From Callorhinchus milii (Eukaryota): a stretch of 64,000 nucleotides of DNA. The stretch is from assembly GCF_018977255.1 (NCBI RefSeq), contig NW_024704742.1, positions 45,324,001-45,388,000 on the forward strand, given 5' to 3'. Under the pieces are notes generated by a model, which worked only from the letters and a program-made list of their open reading frames with translations, made no database searches and was not told the origin of the DNA. The position numbers were made by a program, and so were the translations under genes. Of the stretch, positions 24,420 through 38,379 are shown in pieces. How positions within the stretch are numbered: position 1 is the stretch's first letter; the number at the start of each line of letters is the position of its first letter.

Positions 24420-24575
24420 AATGTCTAGATAATTATTTGAGGAGGACAAGTTTTCGGGGCTATGGAGAGAGAGTAGGAGAGTGGGATTGAATTGGATAGC
24501 TCTTTACAAAGAGTCGGCACAGATACGATGGGCCAAATGGCCTCCTTCTGTGCTATATAATTCAATGATTCTATG
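24420..24575 (+). mobile_element. CR1 3' terminal fragment
   Basis: GGATAGCTCTTT..GGCACAG..ATGGGCCAAATGGCCTCCTTCTGTGCT..ATTCTATG. Confidence 0.85.
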
Positions 24576-24576
24576 T

Positions 24577-25140
24577 CAACACCAACAACTTGCATTCATA
24601 AAGCTCCGCTCACGCAGGGTAACGTCCCCGAGCACTTGACAGTGGTGGACCACAATGCCAAGCCGGGGGAAGGGGAGTTGACCATAGGCACTGTCGGATA
24701 GGAAGGTCTTCACGTGCGACGTAAAGATGGTGAAAGAAGGGGCAAGGCAGAGGGATAGAGAAAGACCGTTCCAGAGTTTTGGGGCGTAGTGGTGGAAACC
24801 CCGGCACCAATGATGGAATGGAGGGCACGAGCGATGTGTAGAAGGCAGTTGGGTGGAGGCAGTGGGTTGTGGGGTAAGCAAGTAGGGGAGGTAGGGAGGT
24901 GCCAACTCATGAAGGGATTGGAAAACGAGTGTGAGGATCTTACAATGGATCCGTTCGGCAATAGGGAGCCTGTTTAGAACTGGTGCGATGGGGATACAGA
25001 GTTTAGTGCGGGTGAGTATGCGGGTAACAGAGTTTGGGATCAGGTGGGTCTTGTGCCTGGCGGAGCTGGGGAGACCGGCAAAGAGAGCATTTAAGAAGTC
25101 GAGTCGGGAGGTGGGTGACAAATGCATGGACAAATGTCCC
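24577..25140 (-). mobile_element. L2 LINE 3' end
   Basis: Minus ORF SRLDFLNALFAGLP..RILTRTK..KILTLVFQSLHELAPPYL; ATGCAAGTTGTTG tail. Confidence 0.9.
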
Positions 25141-27133
25141 CAGGCTAAGAAGGATAGGAAAGTGAGTGGTGGTTTCTTTGCACTTGAAAGCTATCCAGCA
25201 TGTCTTGCTGCAAGTGTTGATATCTAAACAGCACTAGGCTGATTTGTGATTGGTCTCATAATTGAATAGTCTCTTGACATGCTTCCCACGCTCATGCATG
25301 AATAATTGTTGGGTGAGATATGGGGAAAAAGGGTTAGAGAAGGAGAGGAGTATAATATTTTGTTAGGTCTACAATTAGAAACTTGGGTTCGATCTATGTA
25401 CAATTTAACCAATTGCATTAATACATTCAAAATTAAGTGCTTTAGGTGCACAGTAACTTCATAATTTTAAATGGTAGGATTGGACCATATACATTTCTCT
25501 TTGCTCTGAACTATTGTTTGCTGATGTAGCTTGGCAGCTTGCCACTAGCTAATGATTTCTTCTTTGGTATCAGTTTTATTATATTCACTTTCTGTTTCTC
25601 TTTGTTCCTCACGATATCCTTTTTTTCTATTATTTTTATATTTTGGCACTTACAGTTCATTTATGCAACTCTTTTTCTTCCTTTCTCTTTCTATTCTAAC
25701 CCATCTTAATCTCACTGCCATTTATTCTCTCTTTTGCTTACCTCTTTTTCTATTCACCGTAGATTTCTTCCAAACGGTTTGATATCTAGCGGAGAAGACA
25801 AAAGTTAGAGAAAGCACTGCACACAAAAAAGTACTCCAGGAATAATTCTTGTCCTTCTGGGAATTCCTAAGTCTTCGTGCAGTACGTTTTATTTTACCAC
25901 ATTGAATTGGTTATGAATTGGCATTGTTCTGCGTCCTTTTGTAAGATGTGGTAGCAATTCTCACAGTTAAAAAAGAGGTCACTGGGAACTTGATTTACCA
26001 TTTTACATCAGCGGTTTAACTTAGTGAATAAAAAGGTTGCAGATGTTACAGCCAAATTGAACAACTGTGCATGAAAAGCATAAATTAACTATTACTGCTG
26101 CTTCCACCACAGAGAGAAGCAGTGTGGTGGAATTTCTTCATTATGTTTTTGAATCAAGTAATTGGGTTGGTGTACATTTGTAATTTATTTTAAGTTAACT
26201 CTTCCGACCTTTAGTTTGACATTTTTAGGAAACGACTATTCCGATTTCTATGACTCAAAGCATAAAAGTCTTTTCTCACAAAGAATATTCTCATTGTTCC
26301 ATAAGGTGGCGTTATGAGAGGGAAAATTGTGTTTGAAGCTTTCAAGGCTAGTCATTTTGTTTTCGACAAAATATTAAAGTTATATTTACTAGTGTACTCG
26401 TTTGAAGGGATGAAATTGAAAGAGATGATTAATGGAAAGTACTATCTGAGATATAATCATGGAGTGTTTGTAACTGCACCTTTGAGGCTGGTACCACTGC
26501 ACTGGGGTTTTGAGCACCACTGATGTAACTGGAGTTAGAATTGGACTTCACTTTGCTTTCCCCTTGCAACTTCAGTAAGAGTTGGCACAAGTGCTTTCTA
26601 GCTGACTTGATTTTTAAAACAAAATCAATATATTGGCACAGTGGGGCAGCGTTTAAATGCTGACTTTTAGACTTCAGTACTTCAATCAGTAAAAGCTGAG
26701 CACAGTCAGATGCCGGCAAACAGCTCTGTGCATATGTTTGAGGGGGCAGATCACAAGATGACAAGAGAGGATTTGGATGAAGACTGCCCTTTGACCCATT
26801 TGATCTCATCATTTCAGAATCCCCATTCTACTGACCTCCCATTTCAGTATCGATTTTCTATGAATGAGTCCTCTGTTCTGGCGTCAGCCATCCCTTCTGG
26901 TAACCTGCTGTTAAGCCGTTTTGGTAAACAAATCTTTCCATGTTCTCTCATGAAGTTACTGTTTGCAACTCTAAAACTGTCCTCTTCTTCGTCTCTCTTG
27001 GTGCATCAAATTATTGTTCTGGGCTCATGTTCTCAATCCCATTTAAATTCTTCTGTATCTCTATAAAGACCCCTCTCCTCTGAGACATTTCCTTTCAACA
27101 CTGAAGGGCCCTTGTTTGTATAATTAATGCTCA

Positions 27134-27645
27134 TAGCCTGGGCCAATAGAAACTTATGGAGATATCTGCCAACAGTTGTGGACCTTTGACAAATGTTGCA
27201 GGAAATTGAACAGAGTTGATCGACACATATTGAGACATATATTTTGTGAAACCAACCAGATTAAAACTATAGGCATACATTTCCTGTAAATGTAGTTATG
27301 TTTAAAATACTGAAAATGTTAATTTGAATCGTACAGCACATACCGAGAATTGGTCGCAGGAGCTCAGTTTAGGCCAGGCGTTGAGCAAGTAGACGGCAGT
27401 GGTGTGACATAGCTGGTATTTCTATTGCAGTACACTCACTAGTGGCAAAGCCGATTTCCCGCTTCCGCCACTTCCGCAATCACAACCCTCCGGAGCCTCT
27501 CCACCCGCAGTAGCAGCATTGAGCAAACAGAGTGAGAAGCCCGGAGCCTAGTACACTGTGTGTACCAGTTTGTAGCAGACGGGGGTGTTTGTAGCGGATT
27601 CCGTGGAAAAAGTGTGGCCCTTTTCACTTTCCTATTGGCCCAGCT
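27134..27645. mobile_element. Putative non-autonomous DNA transposon (MITE-like) with terminal inverted repeats
   Basis: CTGGGCCAATAG (27138) ... CTATTGGCCCAG (27643), flanked by CTCATAGC on both sides; related short copy at 39359-39464. Confidence 0.7.
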
Positions 27646-27839
27646 CATAGCTCATTTTTCTCATGATAAAGATCATTCTCATTGTTTTCCTTTGTGCAGA
27701 GCATAGTGGCTTGGATTACTACACATCTGCAAAGACAGATAAAAAAAAAGCCAATTTAAAGTTGATATTCTCTGAAGATCTACCTGCTTGGTATAAGTGT
27801 ATGATTTGTGAATGTATAGTACTTACTGTTCCTTAGTGT

Positions 27840-28220
27840 GCATCGATTTCTCTCTCACTCATCTACAAATCCCTTCATGCCCTGGCACCTGCCTATGTTT
27901 TTGAGCAGCTTTCAACTCCCTCCACTACCATTTGCCTCTGCTCGGCTGGCTCTGGCCTCCTGCTTGTCCCTCATCCCCTCCGTTCCGCAATTGGGGGCCC
28001 ACTTTCAGGCACTACTCCCCGAAGCTTTGGAACTCTCCTCAATCCCTCCACCTTGCCCCTTCCTTCCTTTTAGATCATGACTGTAGACCTTCCTATTCAA
28101 CCTTGCTTACCATCACCTCCTGCCTCCTGCTGGCTTGCTGTCAGGCTCAATCACTGTTATGCACTCCGAGTCGCTGCCCTGGGTGAAGGGCACTATATAA
28201 ATGTAAGTTGTTGTTGTTTT
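27840..28220 (+). mobile_element. L2 LINE 3' end
   Basis: CCTGGCACCT..CTCTGCTCGGCTGGCTCTGGCCTCCTGC..GGTGAAGGGCACTATATAAATGTAAG(TTG)n. Confidence 0.85.
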
Positions 28221-31200
28221 ACAAGCCTGATTCAAGGCTGATTTCTTAAACTCTAGCAATGGGGGGAGAGTGTGTGCAGAGGAAAGGAATGATGAAGAGC
28301 TGCTGGAGGTCACTGCTGTAATTATGGAAAACATCCAGGGTTGGTTATTGATCTCTGCTATAAAATCTTCAGAACTAATCATCTTTGCAATGTGATTTGT
28401 TTTCCTCTGGTAAGTTGCTTTATCTATGCTGCATCCATAGGAGAGAGAGAGAGAGAAAATAATTAAGGGTGAGACATAACCTTGAAAACAAATCTCTGAA
28501 AGCAATTATTAAGAACTAATTTGAACATATAAATATAGTGATTTTTAAAATGCTCCTGTCTTTTTGAATTTTGTCAATGAATATAAATGGAAAAGTACAG
28601 ATAAAATAATTGGTTCTGTCCAAGGCATCCTCCTTTACAGCTTTCTCTTTCCTCCGTCCCCTGTTTACTCTCTGCAGTTGCACTACCTAGTGTCTCTGGT
28701 TACAGTCGCTTTTTGCCTTTGTATCCATACACAAACTATTATTGTAACTCTTTCGGGATCTCACACACAAACACAGTGCACAGATGGAGAGGAGATTACA
28801 TATGTGGAGTTATTTTATAAATTGCACTTTTGCAAGTTAACATTTTACTAATTATAAAAATTCCTATTGATTCTTCACAATATTGATCAGATATTTCCCA
28901 TTCTACTTGTTCCGTAACGCTAACAGTTTATTCCCAGTCATCCCATTTTACAGAGATCCCGATTCTCTCCGGCCCATTAAAACGCTCCTCCCTTGTTCAT
29001 GTCTCCTACCTGCACCCTCTCTGCTCCTTGGCTTTGGTATTCCTCTCCACCACCTAGCTTACTTAAGGTTATCTATCTTTCCCTTTTTTTTATCATCCTC
29101 ACAATTTCAGCATGATAGGAATTACAATTGTGGTGAGACTATCCCGCAATTCTCATAGTTGAATTTCTTTCACTGGGATACAGGATGCCTGGAAAACCCT
29201 GTCCCCTTGTAAAAGCAAGGCAGGGACAGTAGTCATGGAGAAACAGGTAGGGATCGAACATACATGCTGAGCATGTGGGGAGGAAACAAACAGTTTTGAA
29301 GACTATGTTAGCTGGGCAAGAATGCGTTGATTGAGTTGATGGAGCTATTACCAGGTTTACTCAAAATTGTCAGACAAATTTAGGAGTAGCTCATAATTTA
29401 TGGCACTTTGTAACGTACGTCTCAGAAGAGAACTGAGCATTTTACTGCCTATTTAATTGGGATAATTTAAAATAACACCTGCAAGATTGAATTGGAAATT
29501 CAATTACAGGTTAATATTTATGTAAAAACCCAAACCTCAAACAATAACTGCATTTATTGAAAACCAATTTTAATTTGAACACTGCCTTATATTGGTTGCT
29601 CGGGAAAACAGAATGATATGCTGGGACCTTACCTATTGACAGCAAATGGAAAGCTGTATGTAATAAAGTCACTAGTTTAACAGGTATTCAAGCCTGATTA
29701 TACCTTGGTTCTAGACCAACTTGTTTCAAGTATGGTTCAGATCATTTCCTTTAATAAGCCTTCCCAATTTAAATATACAAAAAAACTGGGAATATCCTCC
29801 TGGAATCAATTTGTGGTTCAATGATACATTTTACATGCTCTGTGGTCTGAGTTTCAAATGCCAGCTGCCACCACGTATATAACAAAGACACTATTTGCAT
29901 GTAGAAGCTGTTGGATAAACTTTTGCCCCAACAATTTAAGAAGGGAATGAGAAATTGATATTAACACCAGCAATAATGGTGGTATTGAAATTCTTTCTTC
30001 AAATCTTGAGAGAATACCTCAAATGACATTTTAATAGTATTCACATTTGATATAGCACCTTATCACATTGTCAAAACTCTCGTAGCACTTCACAGGATTT
30101 ACTGTAGAGTGTCGTGACTGGACATTTTTGTGTGCTCCATGACACAAGTTGCAATCAGTTCAGTTTTCTCCTCATCTTGAGTTAAGTTCAGAATAAATCA
30201 TTGGATAAAATCTATTTTGTGCTAAATACTGAATCAGGTCTGCCCGTTGTAATCCTTGAAAGTAATTATGGTTACATTTTGTAACCCAATGACTTTTCAA
30301 GAAGACGGTTCATCATTGAGATTCTTTAGTTTGTAGTCAAGGAGACAGAGTATTATACAATATACTTTGAGGTATCTCGAAGATGTGATAAGCGCTGTAT
30401 CAAATGCAAGGATTATTATATACTGGGACATCACAATAATCCCCGGGAATGAACAGTAAATTACAACTATGATCAGAGATTCATAAACTGCTTTTATCTT
30501 CCGCTGGTGACATAATGATGAAGAAATATTATTAATAACTGGGAAAACTTGTGAATTAGACCATTACTGCTGCTCTATTTTTGGACTATTCCTGTGGCGC
30601 AGAATCTTCAGTCTCCTCGTGAAAATTCTTGAGGTGGTAAACTCACACATTTGGTTGAACAATTAAAGCAGATGAGAAGTAATGCAACAAAAAGGCATTA
30701 TCCTACAAATGCACTGTCATTATACTTCAATAAAAAATCCTGTAAAGTGCTTTGAGACATTTCAGTGACATAATAATAATAATCATCTTTGAATTTGATT
30801 AAGCAGGTTCCACATTAGAAGGACATTTCAAAGTGCATCACAAGATGTATAGTGTGATGTATAGTGACTATGCATTTTGTAGGGAAACGTGACAGCTAAT
30901 TTACGCACAACAATTAATCTATGTTTGTTCTTCTGCACCTTTCACTATAGCTCCCAATATTGTTTGTAAATATACATGTATGTAGTTATTTTTTTTTGAA
31001 AGAGTTAATTGGCAAAACTTTGATTGCTTTTCCTGGGAACATAAAGAGGAAGATTTTCTTACTTCTTCATCAGCAGAGTACTGTTTACGTAATATAGCTG
31101 TTGCAGATGAGTCTTCATTAATGCTGCATCTAATCTCTGCTCATAGAGACCCGGTGTCTGAATGCTTGGGTGCTCAGGCCAAAAAGCAAATAAACCATTT

Positions 31201-31754
31201 TGCTCATAACTGTGAACTTTTATCATTATAGAAGCAAGCAGCAAATAGGGATACAGCTATTCTGTTGTTAAATAATATACATTTGCTTTCTTTTATATAA
31301 CCAAGGATAATTGTATTATATTAAGACTTCAACAGTAGGATTCATTCAAATATTGTACTAATGTTTGTAACATGAATACATTAGACCAGATAAAACCTTT
31401 AGACTAAGAAAATCAATGCATCGGGCGTCTAATAATTTACCGTCTTTTTGGTTGGTATTTGCTGAGGTCCATTAACATTTTTTTTATCATATAATTATAT
31501 TATTAACTGATGATTCACCAAAATGCTTATGTATTTTTAAATAATAAATATCTGTTGGAAAGAATGATACAGGGTGGTACCCAGAATTGTGGTTACAAGG
31601 GAATCTGCTGCAGTTAAGAAGTCATGTCATTACTATCTATGCTTTGAATTTTATCCCTCCTTCAAAATCCTCCTTGGTTAATTGGTTTATTTTCTGTCTT
31701 CAGAGCACAACACCCATGAGAATAGGCTTTTAAATGATGTACATCAGCACACAA

Positions 31755-32190
31755 TGGCAGCCTGGCTCAATTGCCAGCACTCTCGTCTGAGTCAGAGCCT
31801 TGTGGGTTCAAGCCCGATGTCAGAACTTTGAGCTCATGCTCTTGTCTACCACTCCATTGTAATGCAGCAGGAGTGCTGCTTTGTTGAAAGTGCAGTCTTT
31901 TGAATGAACAACATGTTAAACTTTTTCCTTTCCTCGTACTGGTAGGTGTTACGTTCCCTGACGCTATTTGAAAAGAGAATAGAGTTTTTCCTGGTGCTCA
32001 GCTAATAATCCTCCAGATGAAAAAAAAATGGTCATTAATTTCCTGGCTGTTCATGACTCATTGCTGTGTTCAAATTGTCTGTTAGGTTTGCCTACAGTCA
32101 CCACAATTTACAGTAAAACCAGTGAACTGCTTAGAAATGGTTTGATAACATCATAAGGTGCTATAGGAAATGCAAGGATTATTACATATA
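31755..32190 (+). mobile_element. Full-length but diverged DeuSINE-type SINE
   Basis: tRNA-like head GGCTCAATTG..AGCACTCTCG..TGAGTCAGA..GGGTTCAAG, Deu-like body, ATGCAAGGATTATT tail. Confidence 0.75.
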
Positions 32191-32513
32191 TTACATTGTT
32201 TCAATGTGTTGGATATTATATGAGTCACATTAACATTTAAAGGGTGATTCTTTCATTCTCAGCAAATATCTTGATGATAATGGGTGAATATCTCGGCATC
32301 TCTGCTGGTCGATAGATTTAACACTTATTGGAGAATCAGCATGTTTCTTAAAGCTTGTGGTTGGTGGTGTGGGTGGATGTGAGTCAGATTCCAGAAGCAG
32401 CAGACTGCAAATTACTGGAGTTTAAGAATAAAATATCACCAAAATGTTGTATAAAAATATATTCTAGTTTAAGTGCTGCTTCCCTGTGGAATATATGGAG
32501 AATATACCATATT

Positions 32514-32832
32514 AATATAATAATAATACTTGCATTTGATATAGCGCTTTTCACGTCAGGAGGACGTCCCAAAGCACTTCACAGAACACACTGTAAAGTG
32601 AATTGACTGTATATTTGTGGGCGAATGCGGCAGCCAATTGCGCACAGCAATGTCCCACAAACAGTCGTAGATTGAAAATGACCAATTTAATTATTGTTTT
32701 TGTTTTTTGGAGGGATTATTATTAGGCGTGTGGAGTAAGGAAACTTGCCCAAGGTTTCGCCCTGCCTGGAATTGAACTCGGGTCTCTCACTTGCAAAGCG
32801 AGTGCTCTAACCACTAAGCTACAGGACTCCAC
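32514..32832 (-). mobile_element. Chimeric tRNA-SINE copy 2 (internal deletion)
   Basis: Minus strand GGAGTCCTGTAGCTTAGTGGTTAGAGCACTCGCTTTGCAAG..GAGTTCAATTCC..CCTTGGGCAAGTTTCC, then jumps to the tail. Confidence 0.9.
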
Positions 32833-33205
32833 ATAGAATATACATAGAATCATAGAATTGTACAACACAAAAAGAGGCCATTCGACCCATCGAGTTTGTG
32901 CCGGCTCTTTGAATAGAGCAATTAATGTCAATCCCACTCCCCAGCCCTTTCCCCATAACCCTGCAAATCCATCCTCCTCAAATACCCATCCACCGCAGTT
33001 TTAAAAGTAGTTATCGAATCGGCCTCGACCACCCTTTCGGGCAATGCGTTCCAGATTCGAACAACTCGCTGCGTGAAAACATTTCTTCTCACCTCCCCTC
33101 TGCTTCTTTTAGAAACTATTTTGAATCTGTGATCTCGAGTCACCGACACACCCACCAGTGGAAACAGTTTTTCCCTTTCTAACCTATCAAATCCCCGTTT
33201 GACAT
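32833..33205 (-). mobile_element. CR1 LINE 3' end
   Basis: Minus ORF EKLFPLVGVSVTRDHRFKI..RNVFTQRVVRIWNALPE; (CATAGAAT)n tail. Confidence 0.9.
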
Positions 33206-33261
33206 GTTTTAGCTTCTCTGTCTTCACATTTTACAGGAATATCAAAATTGTTTTGTCAGGA

Positions 33262-33862
33262 GTAATAGTAATATAATAATCTTTGCATTTCATATAATGC
33301 CTTATCATGTCGTTGAGATGTCGTAAAGCACTTCACAGGATATACTGTAAAGTCGTATGACTGTACATATTTTGTGGGCAAATGTGGCAGACAGTTTGTG
33401 CATAGCAATGTCCCACAAATGGTCGTGAAGTGAATAATAATAATAATAATCTTTGCATTTGATATAGCGCTTTATCACATCTTCGAGACGTCTCAAAGCG
33501 CTTCACAGAATATACTGTAAAGTGAACTGACTGTATATTTTGTGGGAAATATATGGCAGCCAATTGCGCACAGCAGTGTCCCACAAACAGTCATGGGATG
33601 ACCAATATTATTTTGGGGATTGTTGACCACAACAACAGAGGAATCTCCATTCTCTTTTCAAATAGTGCCATAGGATCTTTAACATCAACCTGAACAGGCA
33701 GACTTAATATCTCATCTGATGGATAGCACCTCCAACAATACAGCATACTCTCAGCACTACATTGGAGCATCAGCTTAGACTATATGGGTTTCACGTTCTA
33801 ATGTGGAACTTGAGCCAACAACTTTCTGACACAGAGGCGAGAGAGTTACCAACTCAACCTGG
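33262..33862 (-). mobile_element. SINE 3' fragment (33262-33425) in tandem with a full-length DeuSINE-type SINE (33433-33862)
   Basis: Two consecutive (AAT)n-CTTTGCATTT tails; the second continues through the Deu body to the head GGTTGAGTTGGTAACTCTCTCGCCTCTG (minus strand). Confidence 0.85.
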
Positions 33863-36124
33863 TGATACACAAATGGTGTAATCCTGTGAATCAGTACTTC
33901 GCAAAAATTATCATCATTAGGTGCATCCTCCTTCCAGTTTGTCTTCAGTTTGAGGTCTCTTGGGCTTTCTCTCATTCTTGTTTCCACTCTATCCTTATTT
34001 CCTTTATAACTATTTCCCTAAGTTATTTTCAGTCTTTCTGTATTTCCGTTTTATTTTCTTTGTAGCCTTATTTAAGAGCTCCGAGTTGCCACCCCTGGTG
34101 AAGGGCACTATATAAATACAATTTGTTTCTGACTTCTCTGTTGAGTCATTCCTTGCAATTTATTCTCCCTCTAATCACTCTGTTGAGTCAACCCTCCTTT
34201 GTCCCCAAAGTCATGGATCTCTATATTTTATACTTGAGGCTTTTTGGAGCTCTGTTTTTTGTCAAAGAAGCAGTCGCTTCATTGATTCTGTCATTTGGTA
34301 CATCATTGTACCAATCTCATAGTGGACCAAATGGGTCAGATAGGCAGCAAGACCTGGGCTGGCTGTCGTGCTTTCCTTGTCCAATATGAAGGTATGAAAA
34401 AAAAACATTGGTCTGGCACATACCCATATGGAAAATCTTTAATTTGTAGAAAATAGAAAACCTAGCATGCTCTCTAAATAAAGAATATAATGAATTTTGC
34501 AATGTTATCAGTTTGACATCCCTGCTTTATGTGAACCCTGAACAAAGATCAATCAGAAAAAACTAATCAACAGCGGGCAGATCCTTTTAGACTCTTTGTT
34601 GTCAGCAAATATCAATATCATGGGCAAAAGGGAGCATAACATTTTGTTGTGTGGAGCTGAGCTTCAGTAACATTCTATCGAGTGGTAACACAAGGACCTT
34701 GTAATAGGAATCTGAAATGAATTGGCCTTGTTGATAATGGCTTTTGGCCTGTCTCGATATCAGTTTGTATGCTTGTTGTGTTTCAGCTGCATTTTCTGTT
34801 TAGTGTGTGGCCACACATCATGTTCATGTTCAGAGTATCTTTTAAATCATTAAGTTCTCAGAGCTGCATTAATGTGTCAAACGTGCACACCTCCTTTGTG
34901 TTCAAAGGGTAAGGGTGAATGATCAATGGGTTCAGTTATAGAATACATTTAATCATAGTGCACACGAAACATTAAACATCAAGACTATGTGCTTTAAGAC
35001 CAAAATAGGTACTGTAGCGTATAAAAATATTTTAAAATATAAATGCTAAAACACTTCCTGTAAAGGGACTTATTTACCTTGAGGCTGATTTGGATTAGGA
35101 GCGGCATTTTAGGGATGTTATATCATTCAGTGAAGGTAACAAATTGAGGCGTGAAATTCCACATTGCCAGTCAGACTATTTTGTTTTAAATTTTAAATCA
35201 GTCAGAATTGTGAAAAATTCTTATAATCAGTTTTAATTTGGAAGCCATTTTCTGCAGTTATATGGAGAATCAACTTCCAAATTAAGACTGAATTTTAAAA
35301 AATTCAATAATTTCATGCAATTTTAATTTTTAAGAATAATCTTACAGGCGATAGATTGGGTGGATTTTAGATTTTTTATTACAAATATATACTGTGCAAA
35401 TTAGTATCCACCTACAGTGATAAATTATGACCTTCTTAAGGTAATTTTCGGCAGTCACACTTTGGATTTTGAATTTTAGTGTGATTTTACGATTTTAGCT
35501 CTAATTGTCGTTGTCTTTGGAAATGTTTTAATAAGGAACCAATTTTGCAATGCCACTATTTAACCTTGTAGTGAAAGTGCAGTTCAACAAGGATTCCAAA
35601 TACATCTGATTATTACTGTTAGCTTCATAAAATCTTTGCATTGGTGGAATTAATTCCATATTTGCATTGTGCGTGAGAGAACTATGTTTAACCAGACGAT
35701 TGTGGTTAATAGTTTTCAAGTTAGTATAGTGCTCCTGGCTTTAATGTAAGTGAGATCTACGGATTGTGTATGACTAATGTTCTGGTCTTGAATAATGTTT
35801 CTCATTGTTTTGTAATCAAGAGCTGTTTAAGTCAGAACGCAATTTCCACCCAACATCAGGTACTGATGTGAGGTGTATAGAATATGACTTGCAAGATGTT
35901 TTGTACTGGCCCTTAGGAATTGCCAGCTTGACTGATTCTGGAATGAAATGCAGGAAGTAATTCAGGAGATGTTCTAAATATTTGATTTTGAGTGATTTAT
36001 AGACTCTTTTCAATTCAAGTTAATCAAAGCATGTCTAATAATATTAACATTAGCTTCTGCTCAGAGTCACTTTATGCTTTGCTGTCACCCATTTATATAT
36101 TTTTAATTTCATTATTAGATACAT

Positions 36125-36238
36125 GTAATAATAATAATCCTTGCATTTGATATAGCGCTTTTCACGTCGGGAGGACGTCCCGAAGTGCTTCACAGAACAC
36201 ACTGTAAAGTGAATTGACTGTATATTTGTGGGCGAACA
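36125..36238 (-). mobile_element. SINE 3' fragment
   Basis: Nearly identical to 32518-32625. Confidence 0.9.
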
Positions 36239-36249
36239 AATGTAATGTG

Positions 36250-36640
36250 ATACATGTGGAAACCCATCAGGATGGTTAAGAGCCTCTAAACTGAATCATA
36301 GTACTGAGAGTCACACATTTGTAGGGCTTCCACAGCAATGAACGTTACTTAACTCATCTTGGAGAGTTCAGGCATAGGTTGGCAAGTTGGCATTCTTGGA
36401 CACTCACTGCATTGGGGTACTGCTAAAGTTTAACCAGTTAAAGCTACGCAGCTTGCTGTTGCACACCTTGACAAGCTTCCCACTGCTTGTCCATACGGAT
36501 TTCTTTATCCCCTAGGGCTTTGACCTGGATGGATTTCCTTATCCTCTAGGGCTTTGACCTGAGGGGTTCACAAGCACGAAGTGGGGGAGAAATCCAGTCC
36601 CAGTGACTGGGGGTTCTGCTTCTCCAAGACCCACTAACAA
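36250..36640 (+). repeat. Unclassified interspersed repeat, copy 2
   Basis: ACTGCTAAAGTTTAACCAG..AGCTTGC..TAGGGCTTTGAC..GTCCCAGTGACTGG aligns to the reverse complement of 44290-44500. Confidence 0.65.
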
Positions 36641-38379
36641 GTTCTGGTCCTATACTAGCGAAGTACAATTTGGAATAACTAAAACTAATTTCCAACAAAG
36701 GGAAGGTGGGGCTCGATACTTCAGAAATTCTAAAAACAAATAGGTAGAACCATGGTAATAACATGGTAGCCCAAGAGTAGCTATGTGATACTGCAAATAT
36801 TTATTAATTATTGTGCGGGATACTGTATAATCATTGCCTGTTTACAAAGAAATAACGTGCATCTTTCCAGCACTTCATCGTGCCAAAGTGTCTCAAAGTA
36901 CTTCACAAGCAATTACCGTCAAGTGTAGGTACTTATTTTATAGGTAAACACAACAGCTATTTTTGCGCTCGCAAAACTCCACAAATAGTCATGAGGTGAA
37001 GGAGAATTGCTGGGCAGGATAGTAAGCGAAGTGCCCTTTTTGATTTTGAACAGCGTCATGGAATTTTTTATGATCACTTGAAGAACAGACAATTGAGACT
37101 TTAGTTCATTGTGTCATCCAATTACTGCTGACAATGCATTGTTCTTCCATTGTATTAATCAGTTGTCTTCCGCCGGTCAATCATTGCTGGGTTGGTCTCA
37201 CACAATCTCAATACAAAAAAAAGGCAGGAGCGATATTTACCACAATTTAAACGTTACAGTTTATATTTTTATTTCAAGATGCATTAAATACTTTGCGCAT
37301 CTGGCTTCTTTTTCAATTTGATTCAACAATGATACAGTTCTATTGTTCTTTCCTCTTGTCTTTTTGATCACGCGATTGACCAGTTGGAGTCTCCTAATGG
37401 AAATGCAAAGGTGTCCTCATGTCTGATTGACCAATGGAACCTTTCATGTCCTCCTGATGTGAAAGGCGCTATACAAATGTGATTTGTTGTTGGTGGTGGT
37501 GAAACTGTCAGCCAAGCCCATGGCTCATCTATCTTAAAGGCAAGCAGTTGCCTTGAGTGACAGGTCCATTGGCCATTCAGGGGTTAGGATGCCCTGATAA
37601 GTTTTAATCAGCCTGCCCTAAAGAATATTTTTGCCTGCCGCCTAATGCGGCCAGGTCTCGCTTCCTCGCAGGAAGCCCATGCAGCTTGAGTGTCAGTTTC
37701 TCAGTCAGGATGCCTAGTGTCATAGGGGACTTGAGCCTAGGAAGTATGGGAATCCATCATCTGGTCTTTGAGTTAGTCTTGATGTGAGGAGGTTTGAAAC
37801 CATAGCGTTCTGGAGACACACAGCACAGGACAGAATGGAGGTTTGATGAGTGGTTAGTCAGTAGCGTATATTGGTTAATATACATTCTAATACCCAATAT
37901 ATTATTATACATATTAGATCAATAAATCACAATTGGTATTGATCAGATCAGCATATAATTCACACAAGATTACAAAGTACTGTGAGTTTAGATGCAAAAT
38001 GTCCTTTGGTCTATTTCATCTCATCCTTACAGAATACCAACTTTATGATCTTCCTGTTATAGCTTCTAGCTGTTCTTTAAACAGTACAGTGTCTTTGCTT
38101 CAACCACTATGCCTGGTAACCGTTCCAGCTGTTGACGACCATTTGTATAAAGAAATAACAGAGGCACTGTGTAGCTTCAGCAGGACGTCTGGGGAATTGA
38201 ACATAAAGTATTTAGCCACACAATCCAACAACTGTGTTTTTTTGTCACTGGTTCACAAGATTTAGACATGGTGAGCAGCAGGATAACAACCCTGGGTTAT
38301 CCCAGCTCTCCTGAATATAACTCTTATTTTTACTTCCAAACTACAGGACTTTGCATTTGTCAGTGTTCAACTTGATTTG

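Noticed and set aside
26102..26132. 10-bp hairpin TTCCACCACA/TGTGGTGGAA
   Set aside because: Short enough to arise by chance in 64 kb
28640..28680. Strong acceptor-like sites here and at 60371-60392
   Set aside because: No recognisable peptide or paired donor; such sites are common in long introns
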